Of a stretch of 64,000 nt of DNA, positions 37,524-47,164 are shown in pieces. The notes below the pieces were generated by a model, which saw only the letters and a program-made list of their open reading frames with translations, made no database searches and was not told the DNA's origin. This stretch comes from a virus: IMG/VR virus record IMGVR_UViG_3300032116_000067, positions 1 through 64,000 of that record; one strand, 5' to 3'. The translations under genes and the position numbers were made by a program. Every line of letters begins with the position of its first letter. Position 1 is the stretch's first letter.

Positions 37524-37587
37524 AGCCGATCGTACAAGGGTAGTACACTGTAACACGTAGGATGTCCGTTCGACCCGGACAGAGCTG
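37524..37587 (+). ncRNA. Degenerate tRNA-like remnant
   Basis: D-arm gtac-aagggta-gtac and T-arm gtccg-TTCGACC-cggac; acceptor stem and anticodon arm poor. Confidence 0.45.
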
Positions 37588-37657
37588 AAGCCCTAGGTCA
37601 TACGCCCTACGTTTCTACGTCGGGGCTCTTTCTTTTTACCACTAAACACGATTCACC

Positions 37658-38080
37658 ATGAAGATGGTTAAACTATCCGAAGACCACTACATAGTGGTAG
37701 ATGACACTCATAAGGAAATGTACACAATACCAACCTCACAAGCCAAAGAAATCCTTGGTGGGATAGATGTGTATAAGAAAGCTTTGGTATTCACAAAAGA
37801 AATAGGTGGCACACATGAACAGGGTCTTGGTTACATTAATGGCTACTATCATGCCCTTGAAGACAACAAGGAGCGGAAGTATACAGAGGAGGATGTTATC
37901 TCTTATCTAATGCAATCTATGATACAATATGGTATATGGTTAGAAAACGAAGATGATATTACTCCTGGTAAGATTGTTAATAAGATGGAAGAAATACGCA
38001 ACAAAGCTCGTGCTTCCCTACAATCCAAAACAGAATGGGAAGTTGAGTTTGTAGATGGTAAACTAAAGCTCAAATCATGA
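37658..38080 (+). CDS. Hypothetical protein, paralog of 38077-38631
   Basis: Shared KLSEDHY, EDNKE.KYTE.D and TEW.VEFVDGKLKLKS blocks. Confidence 0.7.
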   Translation: MKMVKLSEDHYIVVDDTHKEMYTIPTSQAKEILGGIDVYKKALVFTKEIGGTHEQGLGYINGYYHALEDNKERKYTEEDVISYLMQSMIQYGIWLENEDDITPGKIVNKMEEIRNKARASLQSKTEWEVEFVDGKLKLKS

Positions 38081-38631
38081 CACTGATAAAACTATCCGAA
38101 GACCACTACGTACTAACGGATGATTCTGATATCAGTATTGGAAATATAGTAGCAGAGAAGCTACTTACGGGTAAGTATGAGCTATTTACAATCCATACTC
38201 TGAATGATATAGATAACCTAACACAGAAGAAAGTCACCCACTCAACAGAACTAATAAATGAAAGTACACAACCTAACACTGAATTTTATTGGAATACTGT
38301 AAATAAACTTTCTCTATCAGAAGTAAAAGAAGTTCTTGGTATAGTGGATGTCAGGAAGAAAGCGTGGAAGTATAACCCGGTCAAAAAACTGGACGCTGCA
38401 TTCATTAGAGCTGCTTACATATGTGGTTACAACGAAGCTCTTGAGGACAACAAGGAGCAGAAGTACACAGAGAAGGACCTAAGAGCTGTCTTTATGCACG
38501 GATTTCTATTAGGTGTAGATAGGGGAGATTACTCTTTAGATATGGAAAACAGAGCATTGTCAACTTACACTCAACCTCCAACAGAATGGCAAGTAGAGTT
38601 CGTAGATGGTAAACTAAAACTCAAGTCCTAA
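38077..38631 (+). CDS. Hypothetical protein, paralog of 37658-38080
   Basis: Same shared blocks as 37658-38080. Confidence 0.7.
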   Translation: MTLIKLSEDHYVLTDDSDISIGNIVAEKLLTGKYELFTIHTLNDIDNLTQKKVTHSTELINESTQPNTEFYWNTVNKLSLSEVKEVLGIVDVRKKAWKYNPVKKLDAAFIRAAYICGYNEALEDNKEQKYTEKDLRAVFMHGFLLGVDRGDYSLDMENRALSTYTQPPTEWQVEFVDGKLKLKS

Positions 38632-38645
38632 AAACACAACACACT

Positions 38646-38867
38646 ATGAAGTATCTATTATTAGCTATCATTTTATTAGTATCATGTGGACAGCCCACTG
38701 TAGAGAAAAAGCCTACCACTTATGTTGTAGACGCTGTTCATCCAGCTCTTCAACTTATATCCATAGACAGCTGTGAATATTTGTACGGAGACTGGGGAAA
38801 CGCAACAGTATTTACCCATAAAGGAAACTGTACCAATCCTATTCACCCTAAACACTTACGTCGATGA
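38646..38867 (+). CDS. Small lipoprotein
   Basis: LLVSC lipobox; IDSCEYL...THKGNC.NPIH. Confidence 0.7.
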   Translation: MKYLLLAIILLVSCGQPTVEKKPTTYVVDAVHPALQLISIDSCEYLYGDWGNATVFTHKGNCTNPIHPKHLRR

Positions 38868-39076
38868 GTCAGGTACCAGAGTGGGTCTATACCCGGCTGT
38901 GTTACTACGACCTGCGTAATCCGGACGGGGTGAGAGATGTCTTGGATATCTACGACGAAGAAGATAAGGTCAGCTTCGGTACACATAGTAAACCCGAGTG
39001 CAGTTGTGACAACTGTTTCTACGGACGTTCTCTTTTAGCCAACTATATTATTGACAACGTAAAACCTACATCATGA
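38864..39076 (+). CDS. Small Cys-containing protein
   Basis: LCYYD.RNPD...C.CDNCFYGR. Confidence 0.65.
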   Translation: MSQVPEWVYTRLCYYDLRNPDGVRDVLDIYDEEDKVSFGTHSKPECSCDNCFYGRSLLANYIIDNVKPTS

Positions 39077-39357
39077 TCAAGTTCATTCGTGAAAACACAC
39101 TAGCCTCTGTACTCTGGGCTATCCTTATTTCAATGGTACTATTTTTCTTATTCTTTACTGAGATCGTAGAATACGAACGCACCGGCAGAGTAATAGAACA
39201 CAACGTCATAGGTGATAAGTATGGTCACAACATTACTTATTTCACAGTCGTACATTTTGGTAACGAAATAGAGTCTATAGAAGGGCTTCAGTATTACGTT
39301 GTACCTGTGGGTAGTACGGTGACCGTTACGTTTAAGAAACTCTTGATTAAATTATGA
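39073..39357 (+). CDS. Membrane-anchored hypothetical protein
   Basis: N-terminal TM segment; ATGA overlaps. Confidence 0.6.
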   Translation: MIKFIRENTLASVLWAILISMVLFFLFFTEIVEYERTGRVIEHNVIGDKYGHNITYFTVVHFGNEIESIEGLQYYVVPVGSTVTVTFKKLLIKL

Positions 39358-39542
39358 GCGGAGATATAGAAAGAGGTATCTGTGACTTCTGTCATGAAGT
39401 TAAACCTGTACAGCGTATGTATCTGGAACCTTCAAAGTACATCAAGTCAAAAGATCCTGTGGTAAACAAAGAACTTCATAACGAAGGTGACTACTTCATT
39501 ATCATTCGGACTTGTCATGACTGTGGAACACCTAAAACATAA
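39354..39542 (+). CDS. Small Zn-ribbon protein
   Basis: CxxC...CxxC. Confidence 0.6.
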   Translation: MSGDIERGICDFCHEVKPVQRMYLEPSKYIKSKDPVVNKELHNEGDYFIIIRTCHDCGTPKT

Positions 39543-39545
39543 ACT

Positions 39546-39944
39546 ATGGAAAAAGAGTTTGTTCCTTATACTGAGTCACTTGAACTCAAGCAACTGGGGT
39601 TTGATGAACCTTGTTTAGGTGCATGGGCAGAACATGGTTTTATGACACCTAATGATGTTTCTACCTTACAAGATGATGTTACTATAGAAGATATAAAGAA
39701 TACACAGGATGAAAATATGTGTCTATCTCCACTTTATCAACAAGCCTTTCGTTGGTTTAGAGAATATCAAGACTGGCCCATAGAGTCTTGGATACAACCA
39801 TATTTATCAGATAAGCCCCGGCAGCATGAAGCATTTTATTGGAGGCGTGGTGAAACTATATCTATCGGAATCTTTTCAACTTATGAAGAAGCAGAACTTG
39901 CTTGTCTGCGTAAACTCATAAATCTGGTAAAACAGAAACCATGA
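39546..39944 (+). CDS. Hypothetical protein (FVPY..SL.LK.LG family)
   Basis: Paralogous to 40956-41366 and 42222-42569. Confidence 0.7.
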   Translation: MEKEFVPYTESLELKQLGFDEPCLGAWAEHGFMTPNDVSTLQDDVTIEDIKNTQDENMCLSPLYQQAFRWFREYQDWPIESWIQPYLSDKPRQHEAFYWRRGETISIGIFSTYEEAELACLRKLINLVKQKP

Positions 39945-40273
39945 CAGAAGTACAAGAACGTATCTACTCTGCTGCTATCTGGTACAAAGACCTAGCAGTC
40001 CCAGACTGGGTAGGACTATCAAACGCTCCTGATATGCGTGGTATCGTAATCAAGGGTCACAGACACGCTGATATTATTCATACGGTGTATACGCTTATTG
40101 GTAAACGCACCTGTTGTAACGGATCCGACTGTGTTGGAGAATTTGAATAGGGCTTTGTCACCAACAAGGGTCGGTTTGTAGACAGACAGGAAGCTATGGT
40201 GATAGCACGGGCCGCTGATCAGGTCATATCTGATACTACCTCTGATACACTTTATTCTGAAGACTTATACTAA
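39941..40273 (+). pseudogene. Phage protein interrupted by an in-frame TAG (40148-40150)
   Basis: ...GEFE*GFVTNKGRFVDRQEAM.IA...Q......LYSEDLY continues in frame. Confidence 0.7.
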
Positions 40274-40536
40274 CTCTGTGATGGTTTTCTGTGGAAAGCG
40301 TAAGCACCTAACAAAACCTTGTGGTAGCCGTTGGACTGCAAGGGTAATACGGGAAAACAGATGACGACTCGGAAAGACGAGTACCTTTTTTTGCTCCGGG
40401 GATCACACCATCCGTTAAACTGGTTGTGTTAAAACTCTTGTTAATTGATGTCCGTCTCCCGACCTCGTAGAGTGAGCTTCTACAAATATTGGTTGGGGAG
40501 ACGAGCCATCATTCTATTAACCTATCAATCCGAATC

Positions 40537-40677
40537 ATGAAAGAAGCGTTACAAGTAATCTTTCTGTTTAAGAAACCTTCCTGGGACTATTATACCCGGT
40601 GGCCTTATATAGGGTTTGGTATTGTAGCCTGGACAGAAGTTCTTCTTGTTCTTATTGCTTTACTCCTAAGCTTATAA
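40537..40677 (+). CDS. Small membrane protein
   Basis: C-terminal TM segment. Confidence 0.45.
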   Translation: MKEALQVIFLFKKPSWDYYTRWPYIGFGIVAWTEVLLVLIALLLSL

Positions 40678-40681
40678 AACC

Positions 40682-40945
40682 ATGTCTACAGAGATAAAGA
40701 CTATCCGCGGCACCCATCATGTGCATAAAAGCATCTTTACGTTTGAAGTAGAACGTCCGCCGGCCGATATTCATGTAACCCGGTTCTACAACGGTAAAGA
40801 GTTAGGCACCCAAGTTCAGATTACCATTCAACAGTTTCAAGGTAATGGGTACACTTCATATATTCACTTGAGTGAGGAACAGTGTAAAGAACTAGCCCAG
40901 ACTCTTCTGGAAGCCTTTGATCATAACAAGTATCCTTCAGAGTAA
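40682..40945 (+). CDS. Hypothetical protein
   Basis: ORF track. Confidence 0.65.
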   Translation: MSTEIKTIRGTHHVHKSIFTFEVERPPADIHVTRFYNGKELGTQVQITIQQFQGNGYTSYIHLSEEQCKELAQTLLEAFDHNKYPSE

Positions 40946-40955
40946 AAAGATCATA

Positions 40956-41366
40956 ATGGAAGAACTTTTTGTACCGTATCAGGAATCCCTAAATCTTAAA
41001 GAACTAGGGTATAACGAGCCCTGCTTTGCGTACTACGGGGAGATCAACGGTGGCGAGATAGAACTGTTCTACAAGCGTCACTATGATACAGAAGCCAGGT
41101 ATCTGTTAGCCCCGACGTTTTCCCAGGCTTCCCAGTGGATCCGTGATACATACGGTATTCATTCCTGGATAGACTGGATGACACGTAGTACACTACACTC
41201 TGGATACTTCGTATGCTTCCGCGGTATGGATCACAGGCTCAACGATGACAACTTTGCGTTCATACCGGGTGATCATGGTTCAGGGCATTACGTTTTTCCT
41301 ACGTATTATGAAGCCGAGGTTGCTCGTATTCAGCATCTTATTACTATGGTAAAACAAAGACAATGA
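40956..41366 (+). CDS. Hypothetical protein (FVPY..SL.LK.LG family)
   Basis: Paralog of 39546-39944. Confidence 0.7.
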   Translation: MEELFVPYQESLNLKELGYNEPCFAYYGEINGGEIELFYKRHYDTEARYLLAPTFSQASQWIRDTYGIHSWIDWMTRSTLHSGYFVCFRGMDHRLNDDNFAFIPGDHGSGHYVFPTYYEAEVARIQHLITMVKQRQ

Positions 41367-42220
41367 AAAACGTACACGTTATTCCAACAGACAAGCCAAG
41401 TAAAATAGGTCAATCTATTTTTGATGAGTCTTTACATTTTAATCCAATTTTTAATTATAAATTAGAAAAGGAAAGGGTTATACCTCAAAACATCTACATC
41501 ACTTCTAATGAAGAAATTAAAGAAGGAGATTGGATTATTTGGAATAATAAAGTTGTAAAAGCTATTGATACTGCTTATTACTCTGCGAAAAAAATTATCC
41601 TAACAACAGACCAAGACTTAATCAAAGATGGTGTACAAGCTATTGATGATACATTCTTAGAATGGTTTGTTAAGAATCCAAGTTGTGAGTGGGTTGAGGT
41701 TGAAGAATTTACTGTTAAAGTAGATTTGTTGGAATATAAAACAAGTTACAAAATAATCATTCCAAAAGAAGAACCTAAACTAGTCAATAACTGTTTTAAG
41801 TGTGGTTTAGATTTAGTCATAAAAGAAACTTCTGTACCAGTTTGTACAGATATTGATTGTCGTGGTATTATACTTAGTAATGAAACATTAAGAGAGTGGG
41901 CATTACAAAGAGAAAGACAAAAGCAACATCTCATTGACATAATGAAAGGAGATGAAGAGTTGGGGTTATATGATGAAGAACCTAAACAAGAACCCACTCT
42001 TGAAGAAGCAGGAGTAATTGCCGCTGGTTTATGCCAACATTTAGAAGCAAAAGAACAAGCTATGTTTATTGCAGGTTTTATTGAATGTGCTAAATGGCAA
42101 GCAGAAAGAATGTATAGTGAGGAAGATATGGTTAATTTTGCTTTATTTTTAGAAATACATTTACCTATGAAACCTAGAAAAACTCATCGTCAATTACTTG
42201 AACAATATAAAAAGAAATGA
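41363..42220 (+). CDS. AT-rich mosaic hypothetical protein
   Basis: MKN.H..PTDKPS, KIILTTDQDLIKDGVQAIDD and MYSEED blocks. Confidence 0.7.
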   Translation: MKNVHVIPTDKPSKIGQSIFDESLHFNPIFNYKLEKERVIPQNIYITSNEEIKEGDWIIWNNKVVKAIDTAYYSAKKIILTTDQDLIKDGVQAIDDTFLEWFVKNPSCEWVEVEEFTVKVDLLEYKTSYKIIIPKEEPKLVNNCFKCGLDLVIKETSVPVCTDIDCRGIILSNETLREWALQRERQKQHLIDIMKGDEELGLYDEEPKQEPTLEEAGVIAAGLCQHLEAKEQAMFIAGFIECAKWQAERMYSEEDMVNFALFLEIHLPMKPRKTHRQLLEQYKKK

Positions 42221-42221
42221 C

Positions 42222-42569
42222 ATGAACACACCTGTAAGCTTCCCGTTAGCAAAGCTGTGTAAAGAAAAAGGGTTTGAAGGTAATTACTTCCACTATTGGA
42301 ATAGGGTAAGTTATTCAGGAGAATGGGAAGTAGACACAAGAATATGGGATACCTCTGTTGATTATATTGAAGCACCAACCATAGCAGAAGTCTGTATGTG
42401 GCTACACAAGGAACATAAAATATGGATAAGTGTTGACCCTGACAATGACACTGACACATGGTTCTACACTATATCTCATGGGACATCTACGACGGTCTTT
42501 GGTAATTACAGCGGTCCAATAGAAGCCTACGAGGGTGCTATTGAACACGTCTTAACACATCTCATCTGA
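42222..42569 (+). CDS. Hypothetical protein (distant FVPY-family paralog)
   Basis: VSF.LAKL.KEKGF...APT.....WL...H.I.I...EA.E.AI. Confidence 0.65.
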   Translation: MNTPVSFPLAKLCKEKGFEGNYFHYWNRVSYSGEWEVDTRIWDTSVDYIEAPTIAEVCMWLHKEHKIWISVDPDNDTDTWFYTISHGTSTTVFGNYSGPIEAYEGAIEHVLTHLI

Positions 42570-42602
42570 GTCAGTACTCTTTTACTTTCAATAACCAATC
42601 CG

Positions 42603-43190
42603 ATGATCAAAAGGTATTATCCTTTGCGTCTTCCCGACGATACAGCTTGGGAAAGACGAAGGTGGCTACGTTATGTACCCCGCCCTCTAAAGAACCTTGT
42701 ACAAGGAATCTACAACATCATCCGCTGGATACCAACGATCTATCGGGATCGAGACTGGGATCATGCTTTTCTCAACGATATGCTTCAGAAGAAACTGGAG
42801 TATATGAGAAAAGAGCTGGTCTACGCTAACCGGCACCAAGGCGTATGTGAAATCAACAAGGACTTAACCTTGGCTCTCAATCTGCTTCAGCGGATAAAAG
42901 AGGATTATTATGACATTGAGATGTATGACTACTACAAAGTAAATCATACGTTCAAACCGGTGGGCGCAACAGGTGACTACCTGACCATCGAAGAAACTAT
43001 CGTAGAAAATAGACTGGCCGGATACTTATTCAAGTACCGACGAATAGCTGATAAGCTACGTAAAGAACACAACCTGAGCTATAAAGACAACGCTACTCTG
43101 GCAAGACTGGTAGCGTATCATAATCAGGACCGTTGTGCACGAATCTTTTGGAAACTTCTTTATTACAAACAAAACCAGTGGTGGGACTAA
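42603..43190 (+). CDS. Hypothetical protein
   Basis: N..RW.P.I..DRDWD...WWD. Confidence 0.7.
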   Translation: MIKRYYPLRLPDDTAWERRRWLRYVPRPLKNLVQGIYNIIRWIPTIYRDRDWDHAFLNDMLQKKLEYMRKELVYANRHQGVCEINKDLTLALNLLQRIKEDYYDIEMYDYYKVNHTFKPVGATGDYLTIEETIVENRLAGYLFKYRRIADKLRKEHNLSYKDNATLARLVAYHNQDRCARIFWKLLYYKQNQWWD

Positions 43191-43201
43191 AATCAACAGT
43201 T

Positions 43202-44236
43202 ATGAACAACGTATGGGTGCAGTCAGCTAACAACTTTATGCTTCGTGAAGTATCTACTCAGAAGCAACTATTACCTAAAGGTGTATACAAGTTTCAACTG
43301 GATCAGTTTGAAAATCCTTATCTAGCCCAGGTACAAGAAGAGTTTGTCTTCCCGTATAAGATCTACGGGGTAGAAACAGACTTTGTAGACCGCGTCATCC
43401 GCTCCTGGGAACATACTACCGGCAACTTCGGTATTCTTCTGAACGGGCTAAAGGGTACAGGAAAGACAGTAACTGCAGAACTGATTGCCAACCGTTTAGA
43501 GTTACCGGTCATTATCGTGTCTTTTCACAGTGGTAAACTGATCAGCTTTTTGAACGAGATCCAGCAAGATGTTGTTGTCTTTGTAGACGAATTTGAGAAG
43601 ATCTACGACGGTTATGAGAACTCTTTGCTTACCATCATGGATGGAGCACTGAAGACCCAACACCGGTTGTTCTTCCTGCTTACTACCAACGAACTCCGGG
43701 TAGACAAGAATCTGCTCCAGCGTCCCAGCCGGGTGCGTTACGTAAAGACCTTCTCTGATCTGACCCTACCGGTCATCATGGAAGTCGTTAAAGACAAACT
43801 GGTTCATGATCACTGGTATGACGCTACGGTAAAGTTTATCAGTGAGCTGCCCATTATCACCATGGACCTGGTTAAATCCGTAGTAGAGGAAGTTAACATT
43901 CACGATGAAAGCCCGGAGAACTTCAAAGATGTCTTCAACATTCACGCAGACAAGACCGACATGTACAACGTGTACAAGCTGGTAGATGGTGAGAAACAAG
44001 AGGTTAACACCTATGTCAACGTTCATCCGGACTATATCACCGAATATAGCGTTAACTCAAACTTGCATATTAATCACAGACACGTTGGTATCATTACTAA
44101 AGTAATCTCTGAAGATCAGTTTGTTATCAAAGAGTACGATGAAAAGACAGATGAGTATACTGATGAGGTTGTCTACATCCGAGAAAAAGCCGTAAGAACC
44201 CACTTGTCCTTTGTGAACTCTGGCCTCGTATTCTAA
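43202..44236 (+). CDS. AAA+ ATPase
   Basis: GLKGTGKT, VFVDEFEK, LLT.MDG, TTN, RPSR. Confidence 0.9.
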   Translation: MNNVWVQSANNFMLREVSTQKQLLPKGVYKFQLDQFENPYLAQVQEEFVFPYKIYGVETDFVDRVIRSWEHTTGNFGILLNGLKGTGKTVTAELIANRLELPVIIVSFHSGKLISFLNEIQQDVVVFVDEFEKIYDGYENSLLTIMDGALKTQHRLFFLLTTNELRVDKNLLQRPSRVRYVKTFSDLTLPVIMEVVKDKLVHDHWYDATVKFISELPIITMDLVKSVVEEVNIHDESPENFKDVFNIHADKTDMYNVYKLVDGEKQEVNTYVNVHPDYITEYSVNSNLHINHRHVGIITKVISEDQFVIKEYDEKTDEYTDEVVYIREKAVRTHLSFVNSGLVF

Positions 44237-44247
44237 ACCCTTTTTAT

Positions 44248-44790
44248 ATGACTGATCAATCGTATCAGGAACTTAAGAAAACATACCTGGATAACATAAC
44301 CAGGATGATGACGGATATGGGAGGTATGCCTGCTCATATTGCGATCTTTGGCGTTCATAAGGATGAGTCGATAGACGTCCGGGACGCTATTATTCATATT
44401 GAGATCCCGAGCTCTATCATGAAATCTGACCGCGGGAAAGACCTCTTTCTAGACAAGATGATACCCGGTATTGCTACTAAGATCCGGGATAAGATCACTC
44501 CGCACGGGGTAGCCTGGACTTCAGAAGCTTATCTGCGTACCGCTCCTATAGATGGGGAAGTCCCGGAAAACTGGAAGGATCTTCCGATCCAAAAAGAAGT
44601 ACTGATCATCAATATGGAGTTTGAACATGTCACAGAGACCCTTATCTATGAGATTGTTCGAGATGGTCAACAGGTAACTGAAGATGGTGACCTGGTAGAT
44701 CAAATTAAGCTTCAAGAGATCGAGGGTATGAAAAGTCCCGAGATGGTCAGCGGCCGCTTTACCGGGCTGTATCAAAAGTTCAAAGACTAA
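44248..44790 (+). CDS. Hypothetical protein
   Basis: ORF track. Confidence 0.7.
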   Translation: MTDQSYQELKKTYLDNITRMMTDMGGMPAHIAIFGVHKDESIDVRDAIIHIEIPSSIMKSDRGKDLFLDKMIPGIATKIRDKITPHGVAWTSEAYLRTAPIDGEVPENWKDLPIQKEVLIINMEFEHVTETLIYEIVRDGQQVTEDGDLVDQIKLQEIEGMKSPEMVSGRFTGLYQKFKD

Positions 44791-44866
44791 GTAGTCCTTT
44801 TTTTTAATCCTCAATGAAGCGTGGTAGAGTATCACGCTTTTTTATTCACGTCAATTAACACAAGTC

Positions 44867-45217
44867 ATGACCAGCGTTAAGAAACTCCCCCAAGACGAGC
44901 TAAACAAACTGCACACTCTGCTGATCAATGGGCACGGTCTTACTAAGATTTCCAAGCAAACAGGTCTTCCTTACAGCCTGGTACAGAGTGTAAGAAAAAG
45001 AATGGTTGAAGCAGGTATAGTAAAACCGCTGTATAAAACATCAGGTAAAAAGCGTGCAAGCAGAAAGCATCGTATCCCTGCAGAAGCCCCGGCCGCTGAT
45101 ATTGCGGTGGCTCAAGATATGCCGCAGTTTACTCTGATGATCAATGGCACCCAGATTGATCTGAAGAATGTGAAGTCCGTGTTTATCTCTCCGGAGTTGG
45201 TTGATGTCAAATATTGA
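44867..45217 (+). CDS. HTH DNA-binding protein
   Basis: G.GLTKISKQTGL.YS.V..VRK helix-turn-helix pattern. Confidence 0.6.
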   Translation: MTSVKKLPQDELNKLHTLLINGHGLTKISKQTGLPYSLVQSVRKRMVEAGIVKPLYKTSGKKRASRKHRIPAEAPAADIAVAQDMPQFTLMINGTQIDLKNVKSVFISPELVDVKY

Positions 45218-45223
45218 GTTTGT

Positions 45224-45391
45224 ATGATCAAGCTATTGCGTAAAGTGTTCTTTAGAACCGAAGATCAAACCGAGGAACTGAAAACCAGGGTCAAGCAGCT
45301 TGAAACCAAGTTGGCAGAGCGTCAAGAGGTCATTAATAAGACCAATGCCTACTGGAAAAAGAGGCTCCGTGACGCCACTCGTAAGTCTTAA
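45224..45391 (+). CDS. Small coiled-coil protein (55 aa)
   Basis: MIKLLRKVFF...INKTNAYWKKR; below the ORF-track cutoff. Confidence 0.55.
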   Translation: MIKLLRKVFFRTEDQTEELKTRVKQLETKLAERQEVINKTNAYWKKRLRDATRKS

Positions 45392-45481
45392 GCCCGGAGT
45401 ATAGCCCTATTATCCGCCTAATATCTTGTAGACCTTTGTAGTATAATATATAGAACTTAGTTTTATATAAATACTACCCTG

Positions 45482-45745
45482 ATGTTGTATCAACTTCCCA
45501 CGGGACGGGTGATTGAGATCAGCACAGAACAGTACCTAGAGATGTCCGATGAAGAACTGGAATACCTTATTGCTTACAACTACGGAGATACCTTGGAAGA
45601 CCCATGGTTTGGATCCGTCTTGCATAAGAAAGAACCGGTAACCCACTCAGAAGACCCACCCGATGTGCTGCCTGACCTGACTGATATACCTGACATAGAC
45701 AAGATAACGTATACGGATATAGACTACGATCCGGATGAAGAATAG
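45482..45745 (+). CDS. Acidic hypothetical protein
   Basis: MLYQLPTGRVI.IS.EQYL.MSDEEL. Confidence 0.7.
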   Translation: MLYQLPTGRVIEISTEQYLEMSDEELEYLIAYNYGDTLEDPWFGSVLHKKEPVTHSEDPPDVLPDLTDIPDIDKITYTDIDYDPDEE

Positions 45746-45769
45746 TCCCCTAGATGGTGTTAACCCACC

Positions 45770-45807
45770 GAGCCCCCACGGAAGAACTCCTGGGGGCTTT
45801 TTATTTT
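45770..45807 (+). terminator. Intrinsic terminator
   Basis: gagccccca...tgggggcttt plus U-tract. Confidence 0.7.
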
Positions 45808-45829
45808 CTCACAATCAATACCTTAAACA

Positions 45830-46306
45830 ATGGGTAAAGTAGTAGTAACTGCCGACAAGAACGGCAACGTAATTAGTGTATCTGAAAACAACCCCGAATA
45901 CGGTTACGTACGGGTAGAGCAAACTGGTTCATTCATCAATGATCAAGGTTGGCTGAGGATTAGCCGCCGTTCTGCTCTGATCAAGGGTCTCGTTAAAGAC
46001 CTAGTAGAAACTGGTTTTACAGAAGGTCAAGAAATGCCCGGTAAGATCGTCGTAAAAGAGTCCCTGAGTCCGTTCAATCCGGAAAACCCCGACCGTGATC
46101 TGAAGATTGCCGGTGATTCCGGTGTAGTATGCCGCCTGGATGATCAACCGATCTTCCGTCAGACGTTCTATACCACGAACGAAGCAGCTCAAGATCAGTT
46201 CATTGCACATACCAATACGGAAGAAATCCGTGAGGTGCAGGCAGCCCAGAGAGCCATGGTGTCTCTGAAGATGAGGCCGCAGATGAACCAGGTCGCAGAG
46301 ATCTAA
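45830..46306 (+). CDS. Hypothetical protein (beta-rich, possible ssDNA-binding fold)
   Basis: Strong codon bias, flanked by terminators. Confidence 0.65.
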   Translation: MGKVVVTADKNGNVISVSENNPEYGYVRVEQTGSFINDQGWLRISRRSALIKGLVKDLVETGFTEGQEMPGKIVVKESLSPFNPENPDRDLKIAGDSGVVCRLDDQPIFRQTFYTTNEAAQDQFIAHTNTEEIREVQAAQRAMVSLKMRPQMNQVAEI

Positions 46307-46328
46307 CATTGAATAATCTAACACAGCA

Positions 46329-46366
46329 AGAGGCCTGAACCTGTAGAGGTTTGGGCCTCTTTATTT
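46329..46366 (+). terminator. Intrinsic terminator
   Basis: agaggcctgaacct/aggtttgggcctct stem plus T-tract. Confidence 0.7.
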
Positions 46367-46414
46367 GTAGAACTGAGACATATTGTATACCTTCACCTAT
46401 CTAATTTGTAGAAG

Positions 46415-46936
46415 ATGCCTTACAATCCGAACAAAACCATCACGGCTAACTCTAAGGGTATTATCATATCCTTTAGAGACGACAACAAACCCAAGTACAT
46501 TCCGTACAAGAACAAAGAAGTAGATAATCTGCAGCATCTTGGACGTAGTCTGTACCAGACGTTTGACCTGCCCGCTTTCAACAAGATTCAACAGAAGCTG
46601 TATGCCGAAGCTCTTTATGGTATCAACGCTTATGATCAATCTGAGATTATGACGCTGACTCATAAAGATATTCTGCGGATCACTGCTCTGCATCGCCGCG
46701 TTCAGTTCTTTTTGAACCGGTGGAAACAAGAGATCATGGACTGTAAAGTAGATGCTTTGCTGTCTAAACTCTTTCCCCACTCTAAAGTCGTAAAAGACAT
46801 GAGCACTGTTAAAGGGTACAACCGGGCGTTCACTGCCAGGTATTCTTTCAAAGAACTGGGACTTACCCAGGAAGCTGTCGCTAATAAGCTGGTAGAGATG
46901 GGTTTTCTACCACAAAATTTTTTTCAGTTAACGTAA
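46415..46936 (+). CDS. Hypothetical protein
   Basis: ORF track. Confidence 0.7.
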   Translation: MPYNPNKTITANSKGIIISFRDDNKPKYIPYKNKEVDNLQHLGRSLYQTFDLPAFNKIQQKLYAEALYGINAYDQSEIMTLTHKDILRITALHRRVQFFLNRWKQEIMDCKVDALLSKLFPHSKVVKDMSTVKGYNRAFTARYSFKELGLTQEAVANKLVEMGFLPQNFFQLT

Positions 46937-46942
46937 TCACTC

Positions 46943-47164
46943 ATGGAAGCAATATTTGTTAGTAATGGGGAAACCCAGTTAATACTATCTCCCGAAGACG
47001 AGCTGGAACGAATGTTACTTAATAAACTCCTGAACTCCGGCCCTGTTGAGTTTCAGTTGATTAGTCAACCTGTTGGTGTACTAGGTAAGTCTGTTAAAGA
47101 TGCAATGATCATCAGACCTAAAACAAACTACGTAAGTGATACAGACAAAACTGAAACTTTGTAA
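46943..47164 (+). CDS. Hypothetical protein
   Basis: ORF track. Confidence 0.55.
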   Translation: MEAIFVSNGETQLILSPEDELERMLLNKLLNSGPVEFQLISQPVGVLGKSVKDAMIIRPKTNYVSDTDKTETL

